A stretch of DNA of 64,000 bases, taken from the NCBI GenBank assembly GCA_964016885.1, contig OZ024742.1, forward strand, positions 119,908,001 through 119,972,000, read 5' to 3'. Of this stretch, positions 18,001 to 33,000 are shown piece after piece (within the stretch, counting starts at the first letter, position 1; each line of letters starts with the position of its first letter). The notes beneath the pieces were generated by a model. That model was not told the origin of the DNA. It made no database searches and worked only from the letters and a program-made list of their open reading frames with translations. The position numbers were made by a program, and so were the translations under genes. The DNA is from Eledone cirrhosa (lineage: Eukaryota).

Positions 18001-21000
18001 ACTACTCCAGCAATGCACAACCTTTCTCAGAAGGTGGACCACAAAATTCATGAGGAAGATTTCAGGGACCATTAGGCAACACAGTAGATCATAAAATATA
18101 CCATGGACCATCACAACTTTAGTGTAAATCCCTGGACTATCTGGTACACATTGTGCATCACTAGACTAGTCCATCACCACAGTCATGAATGGAATATATC
18201 TATTCTTTAAATAATCTTTTCATGAGTATACTTTGTGAGCTTTAAGAGCTAAAAATGTCAATATAAATAAACTGGCTTAATGTAAGCCTACAAAACATTG
18301 TTACCCCATCATTACTTTTATCAGTGGGTGCAGGCATACTGAGTAGTTAAGAAGTTTGCTTTGTAATCATGAGTTTCAAGGTTCAATCCCACTGCATGGC
18401 TTCATGGCCAAGTATCTTTACCATAGCCTTGAGTTGACCCAGACTTTGTGAGTTGAATTAGGTAGATAGAAACTGTATGGAAGCCTGTTGGATGGTCTAT
18501 ACCAGCAATTTAAAGGTCTGGCCTTGTCACATATTGTGTCATGTTGACTCTGCCTGAGAATTATATTAAGGGTACACATGTCTATGGTATACTTCAACCA
18601 TTTAAACATTAATTCATGAGATGAGTGTTCAGTTGATAGAATGACTGAATTCTCACCTTTGAAACCAAGGGAGGGCCTTTATCAGTGTCAGCATTTTACT
18701 GTTTGTTGATTTTGGTCAACTCCAGTATTATCTCACACCATGCCCCACTTCATATCATTTATTTGTATTACATGTCTATGAAAGTGCATTTGTCTTTTTT
18801 GTACATTAAATACATCAGTCAGCAACTTTGATACTCAAGCTATCTCAGCTCATTGGGCTTAATCTGTTGCTCAAATTCATATCTTTTATTAATTTTTGTG
18901 GAAAAAAAGACAAACTATTGTAAATATTATTAAAAAATAATTAAATAAAGTAATGACTTTTAGTTAATGCTTACCTCCACCTTCTCTCTGCGGTTTCAAC
19001 ACATAACTGGAAGGGTTTTCAAGTGCCATACTGACAGCTTCCTCTCCTTCAGGAGTCTTACAGAACATTTAAAAAAAATAAATAAATAAAATATAACTTT
19101 CTCTTTGTTTTTGTATTTGTTTAACAATACTCTTCATGCAAAATCATTTGTTGAAACAGATATTATACTTTGGAAGGGTCATATTGTCAATAAAAACACA
19201 TGCACCAGTTGGATTTTTACTTCAGTTTTATTATTAGTTAGGTATGGTTATTTGTCATCTGTTTACTAAACTAATGGCAGAATGAATTACTGACCTAATT
19301 AATTATAATTGAAATGAAGCTGGTGCATGTTTTTTATTGGCAACATAAGCCTCCTAAAGTACCTTTCTCTTACAGTGTCTTGTAAAAAGAAATTAATTCT
19401 AAATCTAAACATAAAGCTTTCACATTAGTAGTGTACATTGTTTATAAATTCTTTTGATGCCAACCTAGCCAAAAACATATTGGATTCTATGAAACAAAAC
19501 CACCAATTTTAAAGGGTTCCTATTTATATTAAAAGCATACAACATAACTTTATATAAGAACCATATATTTAGTTGCTATCTTAGTAATGATATAACTTTA
19601 ATTTTAGTAAATCCCTCCAAATACTTCATTAATTAATTGAAATGGAGTAGAATATTTCATTAGAAATATGGTCACTAGAGGGTTAAAGAGTATAACGTAT
19701 CTTTTTTTAAATCTTTGTCTATTATAAAACTTGGAAGAACAAGCCTCTTTTAGATATGAATAATTTGTTAGGAAATAGATAGCTATGAAATATTACAATT
19801 TGGTCCAGAAAAGCAAACCTGTTATCTTTTCAGACTAACACAGGCTCTGCTGCACTTTGGGCTGAGGAGGGTAAACTCTCCAAATATCGGTCACTCTCCA
19901 ACAGGTTTCCAGTCAAGCTTGTAGCTGTGGAAACTTCTGGTGTCCTTAAACCTAGGACCACCTCCCTACTTATCATCATCGGTGCAGAATTGGCTAGCCA
20001 CAGGTGTGAGCCTTGCGAGCTGGAATGGCTCTTCCAGCCCATCTCCCTCACCATCGTCTGGGGAAACGCCTTCTCTATTCTGTCCGCCGGAGCTGCGGAG
20101 TGGCCAGCATGTGGGACCCCATTTGCTCATAATAGTGAGAGATGGGGAGGGTTGGAGGGATGGAGGTGATGACAGTGGGAGTTTGGTTTCTCTGTGTTCT
20201 GACCTGGTGTACATGTATGTGTAATTTTACACTTATTTTCCAAGAAAAGACGTTATCGTGTATCATCATCATCATCGTTTAACGTCCGTGTTCCACGCTT
20301 GCATGGGTTTGGACGGGGGTTTTTCCACTTGAGGCAAGAGTGATTGTCTTGCTCGCATAGGACTGTCTGGCAGGTTTTCTACAGTTGGATGCCCTTCCTA
20401 ACACCAACCACATTTACAGTGTGGGTCTGGGAGGTTTTTACTGTGTTACCTACACGGCCACATTACAGCGTGGACTGTGTGTTTTTTTGTCGTGACACCT
20501 ACACGATCTCATTTGTTTGTATATATATATATATTGATAAAATACCTGAGCAGTTTAACAAATCATTCATAATTGATAAAATACCTGAGCAGTTTAACAA
20601 ATCATTCATAATTGATAAAATACCTGAGCAGTTTAACAAATCGTTCATAATTGATAAAATACCTGAGCAGTTTAACAAATCATTCATAATTGATAAAATA
20701 CCTGAGCAGTTTAACAAATCATTCATAATTGATAAAATACCTGAGCAGTTTAACAAATCGTTCATAATTGATAAAATACCTGAGCAGTTTAACAAATCAT
20801 TCATAATTGATAAAATACCTGAGCAGTTTAACAAATCATTCATAATTGATAAAATACCTGAGCAGTTTAACAAATCATTCATAATTGATAAAATACCTGA
20901 GCAGTTTAACAAATCGTTCATAATTGATAAAATACCTGAGCAGTTTAACAAATCATTCATAATTGATAAAATACCTGAGCAGTTTAACAAATCATTCATA

Positions 21001-24000
21001 ATTGATAAAATACCTGAGCAGTTTAACAAATCGTTCATAATTGATAAAATACCTGAGCAGTTTAACAAATCGTTCATAATTGATAAAATACCTGAGCAGT
21101 TTAACAAATCGTTCATAATTGATAAAATACCTGAGCAGTTTAACAAATCGTTCATAATTGATAAAATACCTGAGCAGTTTAACAAATCGTTCATAATTGA
21201 TAAAATACCTGAGCAGTTTAACAAAATCTAAATTATCAGATAGAATTTTAATACAGCTGCTAAAAATTGTTAAAGATTTTTTTTTTTTTTTTTTAAAGTT
21301 AAGTAAAATGCAAAGCATCAAAAGCTAGAAAGTTATAAATATGAATCCATATTATAAATGGAAGTCTTAAAATATTGTAAAAGTCACATACAACCATATC
21401 TTAAATAGGGAAGTTTTAAATTATTCTAGAAGTGACATATTACCATATTTTAAATGGGGAAGTCTTAAATTATTCTAGAAGTGACATATTACCATATTTT
21501 AAATGGGGAAGTCTTAGATTATTCTAGAAGTGACATATTACCATATTTTAAATGGGGAAGTCTTAAATTATTCTAAAAGTGCGATATTACCATATTTTAA
21601 ATGGGGAAGTCTTAGATTATTCTAGAAGTGACATATTACCGTATTTTAAATAGGGAAGTCTTAAATTATTCTAAAAGTGCGATATTACCGTATTTTAAAT
21701 AGGGAAGTCTTAGATTATTCTAGAAGTGATATATTACCATATTTTAAATGGGGAAGTCTTAGATTATTCTAGAAGTGACATATTACCATATTTTAAATGG
21801 GGAAGTCTTAAATTATTCTAAAAGTGCGATATTACCATATTTTAAATGGGGAAGTCTTAAATTATTCTAAAAGTGACATATTACCATTTCCAAGCTGTAT
21901 TGATCTACAAATGTATTTCTTAACCCCTGCACTCGAGATGAATCTGGAATAAATTTTTCCAAAGCTCCAGGACGAGATAGCTCCTGCTGAATTTTTTTGG
22001 TTCCAGCTAAATGATAATTTATAGATGGGCATTTGATAGCAAATGAAAGTTCAATCATTTTGCGAGTATCCCAATCCTGAAAAAAGAGTTAGTTTATGAA
22101 GGTCAATAAATCAATCAGTTTTATTTTATCATTCAAGCAATCAACATATTATTTTTCAGAAGTATCATCTATCAATGTGAGGTCAGAGAAATGGATTGTG
22201 AGGTTCATATTTTTCAAGCCTTGTGAATGTAATATGATATAGCAACACCTAGAGTTTGAAACAGATGTGGTTTTGGTTTCAACAAGAGAGGCAGGCATGG
22301 CTATGAGGTTAAGGAGCTTGCTTCACAATCACATGGTTTCAGCTTTAATCCCATTGCACGGCACCTTGGGCAGGTGTCCTCTACTATAGCTTAGGATGGA
22401 CTAATACCATGTAGTGGAATTTGGTCGATGGAAACTAGAGAATCATCATCATCATCATCGTTTAACGTCCATCTTCCACGCTTGCATGGGTTTGGACGGG
22501 ATTTTTCCCACTTGAGGCAAGATTGGTGGTCCTGCTCGTATAGGACTGTCTGGCAGGGTTTTCTACGGCTGGATGCCCTTCCTAACACCAACCACGTTTA
22601 CAGTGTGGACTGGGAGGTTTTTACTGTGTTACCTACACGGCCACATTACAGCGTGGACTGTGTTTTTTTGTCGTGACACCTACACGACCACTGTATGCTT
22701 TTTGTCATGACACCTACACAACCACTTTACAGTGTAGACTGGGCATCCATTGTTGTGGCTCCAAGATGACCATTTTATAGTGTGGGTTGGGGACATGGGT
22801 GGGGGAGATGCATGGGGAAATAGGGAGGTAGATATAGGGGTGAGGTGATTACAATATGGGAGGTGCATGGAAAGAAAGGTGGTGCATACATTCTATTCAG
22901 TATATTATAGCATTATCAACAATAAATAGACATTTAGATATTTTACCTGTGGTGATTTATAACTAGCAGGTGAGTAACCATCTCTAAAATATACAACAGC
23001 AATTTCTAAACCATTTCTACAAATAAATATAATTGATTATTCAAAAAATGATAACAAAGAAATTAACATGAAATAGCACACTTCAAAACTAATGAAATAT
23101 ATGTACAGTTATGAAGTAAAATGAAGTAAAACTTGTTTTTAATTTTTATGGTGTTTACAAACAGATAAGATGTGATGAAAATAATTTCACCATTAGAACA
23201 AGATGGATAAGGTTTCACAGCGCTAGAATCACTCCTTCATAGTCAGCCTATGAACTTTTCAGTCAACCCTCATAAGGACATTTGTTAAATAGATTTCTGT
23301 TTATAAGCAGCTAAACATTTTATTTAGTAACAAATATAAAATTAGCATCTATGTATGTATATGTGTGATATCTGAATACGTATCCTCCACCTAAACTATT
23401 TTACCCTCCACCTCTTGATCCTGACCAACAGGTTGGAGAATATATTACCCCATAGGATAGCAAGGGAGATGCGCTGGAACAGCCAATCCACCTCGCAGGG
23501 CTCACACCTACGGGTAGCCAACTCCACTATGGTCGCCGTGAGTAGTGATATGGTCCAGGTGAACTATCCAAAAGTTTGTATAACAAAGGCAATGAACGAC
23601 TTTACAGCTGCTTAGGCAGGGAAGTGTTCAGTAGTTGGAAAGAATTAGATCCTGTATAACTTTAAATATGAATAATGACTAAGTTTTCATTCTGCATTCT
23701 TTCTGTCTGATACATTTTCCAATGAAGGTCACTGAGAACTCACTAAGTTAAATAAAATAAGTAATCTAGACCAGATTGACACTTTAAGATACTTCAGTGT
23801 TCTGAGTTCAATACCTGTCATGGCTAACTTTGTTTTTCAGCTTTGAGGATCAATAAAAACATTTATCAAAAATATATTGATTTCAATTAAATCCCTACCA
23901 ATATAATTTGTCCCTCTACATGCTCTGACTACTAAATTGTCAGTGGAAAAATAGCTTACAAAAATTGTATTTTATCCTGAAGGATACATTTGAAAGCTTA

Positions 24001-27000
24001 CTACATAAAGGTTGGGTTGAGTCTTCAGTTGTGTCAAGACATGACAACCTCCCTAACACAGGTGCCAAGATAAAATGCAATCAGCAGAGTGTAGAATCAA
24101 ATACAAGTGAGAAGTGGGTCACAGGCCCATCTGAGCACTTGCTACAGCACGGGAACATATGTGTGTGAGAGACAGGTTCACAGCCCATCTAAGAGATCTG
24201 TAGCTTTACTTGAGTACTGACTCAATATTGATGAACCATCTAACTCTTAATACTAAGGAAATGGATGTTTAATGATGATGATGATAACTATCCACTAAGA
24301 GGTGAACATTGATGAAAAGTTTATGAATAAAGAAATTGGTTGAGAATTTTATTCTTCAAAGATATGAGAATTTTGAAGTATGAAGAATAAATAAATGGCT
24401 GAATTTTAATGAAAGGTTAAAAAGTTTGTGGCTATTATATTAAAACATTGAAACAACTATTAAACTCTGTGTTTTGAAAATGGAAGATTAAATCCAAATT
24501 AATACTTTTAGATTGAAATTTGAGTAACAAAGAATATATTAGTAAAGTTTGGAGTATATTGATGAGCCATGAAGAGAAATAAAATCTAACAATTTCAAAG
24601 GTGTCCTTTACTAAAGAACTCTCCCAAGTCAATGTTTCGTTACCAAACCGCCCAAAGCCACCCGAAAAAAATTTTAGTTCATGTGACCAAACCACCCAAA
24701 ACCGCCTGTGCTCACACATTCATATTTAAATGAGAATATCAGAGCAAATCTCATTAGTACATTCGTGAAAATACGTGATTATACTACATAAACAATTGAG
24801 CTACAGTTTTGGACAAATATCGACGTGTTATTTTAATTCTGTGAATTTTGGGAGATTTTTTTCCAAATTTGTTCCTGTTGTGTTTTGAAAATTTTTAATT
24901 CTGACAAAAAATGGATACCAATTTCATTCAGTCAAGCAGCGAGTCAGAATTTGAAGGATTTTCTACTGAAGACCTTGAAAAATCTAACTATAACTGAAAA
25001 AAAAAAAAGCATGAATCCGATGTTTCATTTTCCGAAAGTGAAAACAGCGATAAAAAAATGAATTGGCCCCTGAATGGAGTAAAAATTTAAAAACTGTTTC
25101 TTTCAGTGATTTTTTTGAAGAAACTGGACCAAGTCACAGTCTATCCCAGGAGAGCAAAGCTTTAGACTATTTCCTTTTACTTTTTCCTATGAGCTTGTTT
25201 GAAATTATTAAAAAAACCGTTACGCTGAAAGTAACCAAAGCGAGAAAAAGGATAGTTTGTGGTTTCCCACAAGCTTAAATGAAATTAGGGCTTATTTTGC
25301 CATAACTATTATTATGGGCATTAGAAAGCTACCCAGAATTACAAATTACTGGAGTAGCGATGAACCCTTTGGAGACAAATATGTCTCAAGTATAATGACG
25401 AGGACACAGTTTTAAAATTGATGCAGTATTTACATGTAAGAGACACGAGCAGTACACCAGTACGTGGAGAACCAAACTATGATCCCTTATTTAAAATAAG
25501 ACCCCTCATTGATTGTGTTCAAAACACATATAAAACAGTTTACAAACCTGGGAGATATTTATCTATCGATGAGGGTATGGTGGGCTATAAAGGCCAAGTG
25601 CGTTTTCGACAATATATGCCAGGAAAGCCCACGAAATGGGGTTTCAAAGTTTGGAAGATTTGCGAATCGAATACTGGGTACTGCTCTGGATTTGAATTTT
25701 ATACTGGCAAAAGAGACAATTATGTAAGTCAGCATGGCCTAGGGTATGATGTGGTCTGGAATTTATCACTTCCATTACATAACCAGGGCCATATATTATT
25801 TTTTGACTGGTTTTTCAGTTCGGTCAAACTTGCGGAGAATTTAGATACTGTGGCAACACATACATGTGCTACAGTGATCGCTAATAGAAAAGGACTGCCG
25901 TTGGATATAAAAAAAGCAAAATTAAAAAAAAAAGGTGAAATAATTCAATGGCAGAAAGGAAATTTGTTAGCAACCGCATACAGAGATAAGAGGCAGATCA
26001 ATTTTCTGTCTACCTGTGCACGGCCACATGTGGATGAAAATGGCACCCCATTTGTAAATCTTGATTATAACAGGTACATGGGTGGTGTAGATCGGATGAA
26101 TCAGATGATGTCTTATTACTCAGTTGGCAGATCGGGGAATAAATGGTGGCGATACCTGATTTGGTATATAGTAAATATGAGTATTACTAATGCGTTTATA
26201 CTATATACCAAATCGGGACCGGCTCGAAAGCGATGAGACCATCTGCAGTTCTGAGCAGATATAGAAACACAATTAAGAGCTGGTTATTCATAAAAAAAAA
26301 TAACTGTAGGGAGAAAAAACAAAGCCTGCCAGAGAGATATCCCTCTGAATTCAGCCGATCTCCATAAATTAGAAAAAAAAAAAAAAAAAAAAAAAATCGA
26401 GGGTCACAAAAGGCAGTGTCGTGAATGCCTTCATCAAAAAAGCAAAGCTCCTAGTGGAAGGTCTGTTGAAACAACTTTCCAATGTGCATTCTGCAAGGTT
26501 GCATTATGTAGAGCAGGGTGCTTTACAAGTTTTCATGATAGGAATATTGTTTGATTTGTATATATGTGTGATTTTATTTTATTAATATTTTCAAATTTAC
26601 TTCGTTTTTCTTTTTCTTTATGTGTAATTTTAATTTACCTGTAAGGTGAGTGACGAGTTTTGATTAATTTCTTTTGTAAATCATTATTGTATATTTCTGC
26701 ATATCTATGTATGTGGGAGAGCTTATTTAATCTAGTTGATGGTGTGTGTGTATTTTGTTTTCTAGTTTTCTTCACAGACAAATTCCAGTCTTTCATTTTA
26801 TTTATACCTTTACGGTACACCTGTCTTTTGTGTGTTTAAATTCACCTGATAAATCCAGTAATGTGCACAACTCTTCTATAGTAAAATGTTGTTGTATACC
26901 CAATTGAATATTAGCTAATAACCCGTTTTCTATAGTGATGTTTGAACAAAATTTAAATAATTTCATATTTTGTTGAATTTACCTGTATTTACCTGTAATT

Positions 27001-30000
27001 AGAGTCACTTTGAGACAAAAATTATGGAATAGAATTGGTTGAGAACCTTTCGTTAAATTTTCTTCCAAAAATCACATTAATATGTTGATAAATAAAAAAG
27101 TTAGAATTGTTTAATGAAACCAGACTAAATTTATGATTATGTTAGAAATTAATTGAAACACATAAGGGGTGTATTTTGGTTAGAAATATGGTAACGAAAG
27201 GGTTAAAGAAATGTTAGATTTTTCATCTCAAGACAAATGTATGAAAATGGGATATTTGTTAAGAAACATTTTATCTGAATCAATTCCTATTACTATATAC
27301 CACTAGTAGAATATTTTATATCTAGTGATTACCTATTAAAAACAGGATTTTATTTCAATTTTTTGGTATATAACATCATGTTTGACTTGATGCATGAATG
27401 TGTTAACTTTATAAACATAAATAATAGACTTAAATGTATTGTAATATGGTAGTATGACAAAAACTTTAGAGTACCTTTAGTAGGATTAGACTTTATACTA
27501 GCACTGGACTTAAATATGTGTATGAATATGTGTGCACGTGTATACAACTGTGTGTGAACATATATGAGTTTCCATTTTATAATCAACTGCTCAAGAAAAT
27601 GATAAACCCCAAACTCACACAATAAGATTATTTTGTTCATCCAAATGTCCATTTTGCTTTATATCTTCAAGTGTTTGACGAACAACTGATATTCTGGGAT
27701 TGATTTCAAAAATTTTATGTTCCACCCATTTTTGGTCAAAGATATTTCGCTCAGTAGATGAAACTATAAACAGGATTACTGAGCTGCAATATAATTAGTT
27801 TTAAATATTTCTTTAAAAGTTTAGATTTTTAATAAATTCTTAAAAGAAAATACATAGAAAACTAATTTAGAGAACATGTCTTCTCCATTCTGTCCACTGG
27901 GACCATGAGGCAGACTAATCCTTAAGCTTAGTAGTAAATACAGATCTTCTCTCTCACACATAGTAAACAATAACAATACATTATAACAATTTCAGTCATT
28001 AAGGTATCTAATGTTAATCAGAATAATTATTATAGCAATATAAATTATAGATATTTTACATTGGGTTTTCAGAGTAGCAGAAGGTAAACTTAAAATTTCA
28101 ACTTTATGAAATACATTCTTTCATATATCAAGGAAGCTGGATAGACCCTCTGTTGACTTGACGAGTATTTCAGTTGACTGATAAATAAGATTGCCTGCTC
28201 CCAAAATTAACAGACAAATAGCTGGGTATTCCACAGACATATGAATCCCATTAACATAATGCTCTCTGAGAATTATGACATAATGTGTGATAAAACTGGC
28301 TCTCCATCCAATATGCTTCCAAACAGATTGCATCAACCCAATTCTACTCTCAAGGCTTCAGTAAGCCCAAGACATATGCCCACGATGCCATGTAGAGAGA
28401 TCAAACCTGGGACCTTACGATTACAAAGTGAACTTGTTAACCATTTAGTTATGGTGAATTCACGAATCAAGTTAAATAACTATAGAAATAGCAAATTTTC
28501 AAACAAATTTACACGTGTTTAGCTTCAAGTCAACCCTGATCAAATAATTATCATAGGATATAAAAAATATATATCTTAAAGTATATAAAAATAGAAACTG
28601 GTATAAAATTGTGATTAGAAATTATTTATTTATTTATTTATTTTAATATTTTGTATGTTTTTATGTAGAATAATATCTGCTTATCAAAATTATTTTTGTT
28701 GTTTAGCCTCAGAATAGACCAGTGATCAAAGGCTTTTCATCCATGACCATCATTCTCCAATATATCCAATGAGCCAATACATTATCGGTAAATTGACCAT
28801 CAGGCCAAATACATTGTTGGTAAACTTATTGTAGTGTTTTTTATCTATGGAGTATATACATCATTAACCCTTTAGCATTTAAACCTGCCATATACCTGGC
28901 CAGAATTCTCTCACCTCTTTCTGTTCAAACTGGCTGTAACCAGCTGGTTATACTGATGTTAAGGTATTATTCCCAAAGTAAATAATATCAAAATCTCATA
29001 GATTTAATATTATGTGAGATAATTATGTAAGATAAAGCCTTTACCATGAAAATACAATAGTAAATATAGAGTAATGTAAATACTAAAGGGTTGAATATTA
29101 TTGAAAGTTTGTATTAGTGGAGTAAATATTTGTCATTTTATTTACAACGGAAAAGAAATTCAAAGTTCCAAACTGGAAGTTCTTAGAGATCTTGAATTTA
29201 AAGAAACAATCAAGAAAGGAAGTAATAATCAAACAACACTAGGGTGGTTTTTCACCTGGGAATTGAATTCACAACCTCATTGTAAGTCTAATGCTCTAAT
29301 CATCTTCACAGTATATCAGAAATTCCACATAGAAAAAAGAAAATATACAAAGATAGTACAGTGTTCAAATTTATTTCAAAATCATGAAATAGTGGATTAT
29401 TTAAGAGATTTGTCATTTAAGAAAATGTCTTCCCTCTTCTAATTTAAATGTTATTTTTTTTATTACATTTATTTATTTCATTTTTTGTGTTTCTTTTTTT
29501 TTTAAATAGCTTTGATATGTTTTTCATGTATATATCAGGTAAATTTTATATGAACAAATTTTTGTCTTTGAATTTATTTTCAATATTAATAAAATACACT
29601 GAATTTAATCTTTGAATAGTGTTTAGCAATATATTAAGTCTGTAGACAATATATTTAGTCTGTAGACAATGAATTTAGTGTTTAGCAATGTATTTAGTCT
29701 ACAGACAATGAATTTACCAACAACATATCTAGAATGACAATAAATTTACTGACACTTTATTGGCTTGCAATATAACTGGAAGCCAATAAAATTACAAAAC
29801 CATGGAAGAACAGATGTATTTACAAACAACACAAGCAGCTTAAGGCTATTTTCCTAATCAAAGTAGAAGTTAGCTTTGTGAGCTCCATAGCATGCTCAAT
29901 ATCCCTCATGGAGAGCTTTTTAAGACAATATTTTCTGGTTGGATGCTATTACTAGTATTAACCCTTTTAGTCATCTCTTACAACATATTGATAGCGAGTA

Positions 30001-33000
30001 CCTATTCTAAGCCAGATATGACTGCAGAATTTTGATATATTTACTGCAAAGTAATTTACAATGATGACTTTACTGTATAGTATCAGCTGTCGCTGTAGAA
30101 GTAGTTGTAAGTACTGTGAGAGTTTCAACTTGCTGCAGCAACATAGAATAGGTTACTTACTTTGCTTTCCCATAAAGATTCCATGCTTCAGCCATTCCCT
30201 CTGCAAGTCCATAGGCTGGATCATTGTTCGGAATCTTCCAAAACACAAACATAAGACATAGCATTGGAGAGATATGAAAGAGAAGGAATGAGGGAGAAGA
30301 AAGGACCATCCTCATTATCACAGTTTAATGTCTAATTTCTATGGGTTAGATGGGTTGTCAGGTCCTGAGGTTAGATTAGTCAGGTGATCATGCTCATGTG
30401 CTCCCTTTTGGCTTGGTTTCTACAGCTTGATGTCTTCCTAAAGCCAACCACTTTACAGAATGTACAGGGAACATTTTATTTTGATTCTGATATCACCATC
30501 TTACAGGGTGAAGTGGGTACTTTTCATCATGACACTAGAATAACCACTTTACAGAGTTGACTAGGTGCATTATTCTTGAGGCAAAGAAAAGTAGATATGG
30601 AAAAAGAAGGAATGATGTAAAAAGTTAAAAAGTAAAGGAGATGGAAAGAAGAAAAACATATTTGTGGCATAAATATTTAATGTAATGAAATATAAAAAAT
30701 AATCCCCCCAAATAGTGATTTCAAATGAATGTTGCCATGCCATGGGCCTCAATACCTGGTGGAGCTGTAAAAGTTCCATTGTGAAATACAGCATGTCTTC
30801 TCTCTAAAGGTTTCCCATTGAAATATTTTTTCAACTTAGTTAAGTCAGATACAATACAATACAATTCATTTCATACGCTTATCAAAGGAGTGCTTAATTA
30901 TACAATACAATACAATAAACAACAAAAATTATCACATTAACAGCACAGCTACATTTAGAATTCTTTTATAGGCAAAATAAGACAAATTCAACTGACTGAT
31001 GAAATAGTTCTTTCATGAGAGAGAATTTAGTAATGTGTCAGCTGTCAACCTTATAATCATAAGTTAACATTAACATATTTAATTTAGAGCATAACAATTC
31101 TAACTAGAAATAATTATGTGGCAAGAAAAATCAATATTAATTAATGACTAATATTCTTTTAATTAAAGAAGTATGCTTGAAATGTAGAGAGCGTAGTTTG
31201 GAATAGAAATAGAAGCTTCCCTGTAATATTTTGACTAAATATAATCTAATAATGGGGCATATAAACCCACTGAATGGAAAAAGATGGGAAAAAGCAAATT
31301 TCAGCAAGAGAGATAATTTCAGACAAGCATAAAATTCCAAGTAAATATACACATAGGTGTCCCGACAAGAAGTACCCACCACACACTATAAATGTGGTTG
31401 GCATTAGGAAGGGCATCCAGTCATAGAAAACCATCCAGAAACTCTCCTATATGAGCGAGACATGGTCACCTGACCCAACTTATCTCTAATTAGGACAAAC
31501 CCATGCTAGCGTGGAAGATAGACATTAATCGACGATGATACATTGATTGGCATAAAAATATAGAGTTGCTTTAAAAAATAAACAATTCAGAGACACCATC
31601 CGCAGAGAAAACAATAGTTGTATTTACAGGTTTTTCAAAAATCATTTCCAAGCTTCATTATAGTAAAAAGTAAAAAAAACAATTTTGCTGGACAATTCTT
31701 ATTCCTCTAAACCAACATCCACTAAGGTTTCTGTCCAATCTTGATTCTATCCATCCCCATCATTATACAGAGCCCAAATGTTATTCCCCTCTGTACTTTA
31801 AATAATTCTTTAAATAACTTAAATAACATTAAAAAGAAACAAAAAGTCAATTGAAAGTTTTAACTCTTTGTTACCATATTATGTATGTTTTTTAATTAAT
31901 TTTCAAAAAATTGGAGGATTTAGTATTATTAAGCTCATGTTTTTACTTAAAATTATAATTGTTTCTACTTTTGGCACAAGGCCATTATAATGAAAAGTCA
32001 TATGTACAAACACTTTAAACACAGTTTTATATCATAAAACCAAGGGTGGTTTCAGATGGGTTGGAATCAATAGGATTAGATAGAAAACAGAATATATAAT
32101 TATAATTAAAAATATCATTATAATATAGAAAAAGCATTGTTACATCCATAAATGATGTCTTAAAAATTTAAAGATTTTACCTGTTTATCATTTTCGTAAT
32201 AGCCTGCCAGTGCCATAGTATATCTGCATTAAATATATACATTTCTAAGTATATAATTCTTATTTTATGACATTTATGTACTACTATAATAATATATGAT
32301 ATGTCGGGTGACTTAATGTGCAACCCAGCAGGACAAAAACAAGAACTGTCAATAGGACAAATGAACCCAGCAATAGTGCAGTGGGACATAGAAATTTCCA
32401 AAACGACGAATGATCTTTGTTTTAACCCTTTAGCATTTCAACTGGCCATATCCAGCCAGAATTCTATTACCTCTTTCTGTTCAAACCTGCTGTAACTAGC
32501 CACTCATACTGATGTGAAGGTATTGTTCTCAAAATATATAATATCAAAATCTCATAGATTCAATATTATGTGAGATAAAGCCATTAATGTGAAAATACAA
32601 TAGTTAATATAGAGTAATGTAAATGCTAAAGGGTTAAGAATAATTTGTGAGTGGTTGACAGTTTTTGTCAAAACAACTGCCAAGGACAGGGGTAAATAGA
32701 GGTTCTTAGCATTGGTTGGGGCAACATATCTACACTTATTTTATTGATCCCTATTTGTCAAATTGCTAAGTTATGGAACATAAGCAATCAGTGAACATAA
32801 ACAGATACAAATTCAGGCTTACACACACACATATATATGACGGGCTTCTGCACATTTTCTGTCAACCCAATTTTACTGACAAGGTATTGGTAAACCTGAG
32901 ACTATAGTAGAAGATACTTGCTCAAGGTGTCATGTAGTGGGACTGAAATCAAAAGCATGTGGTTGGATTGAAATGTAAACTTAACCACACAGCCATTCCT

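Noticed and set aside
20344-21231. 295-aa and 241-aa repeat ORFs
   Set aside because: Produced by the 39-bp intronic VNTR fused to a SINE; no splice or start context and no recognisable domain
20533-21888. CRISPR-like appearance of the two arrays
   Set aside because: Pure tandem repeats with no unique spacers, in a eukaryotic intron, with no cas genes
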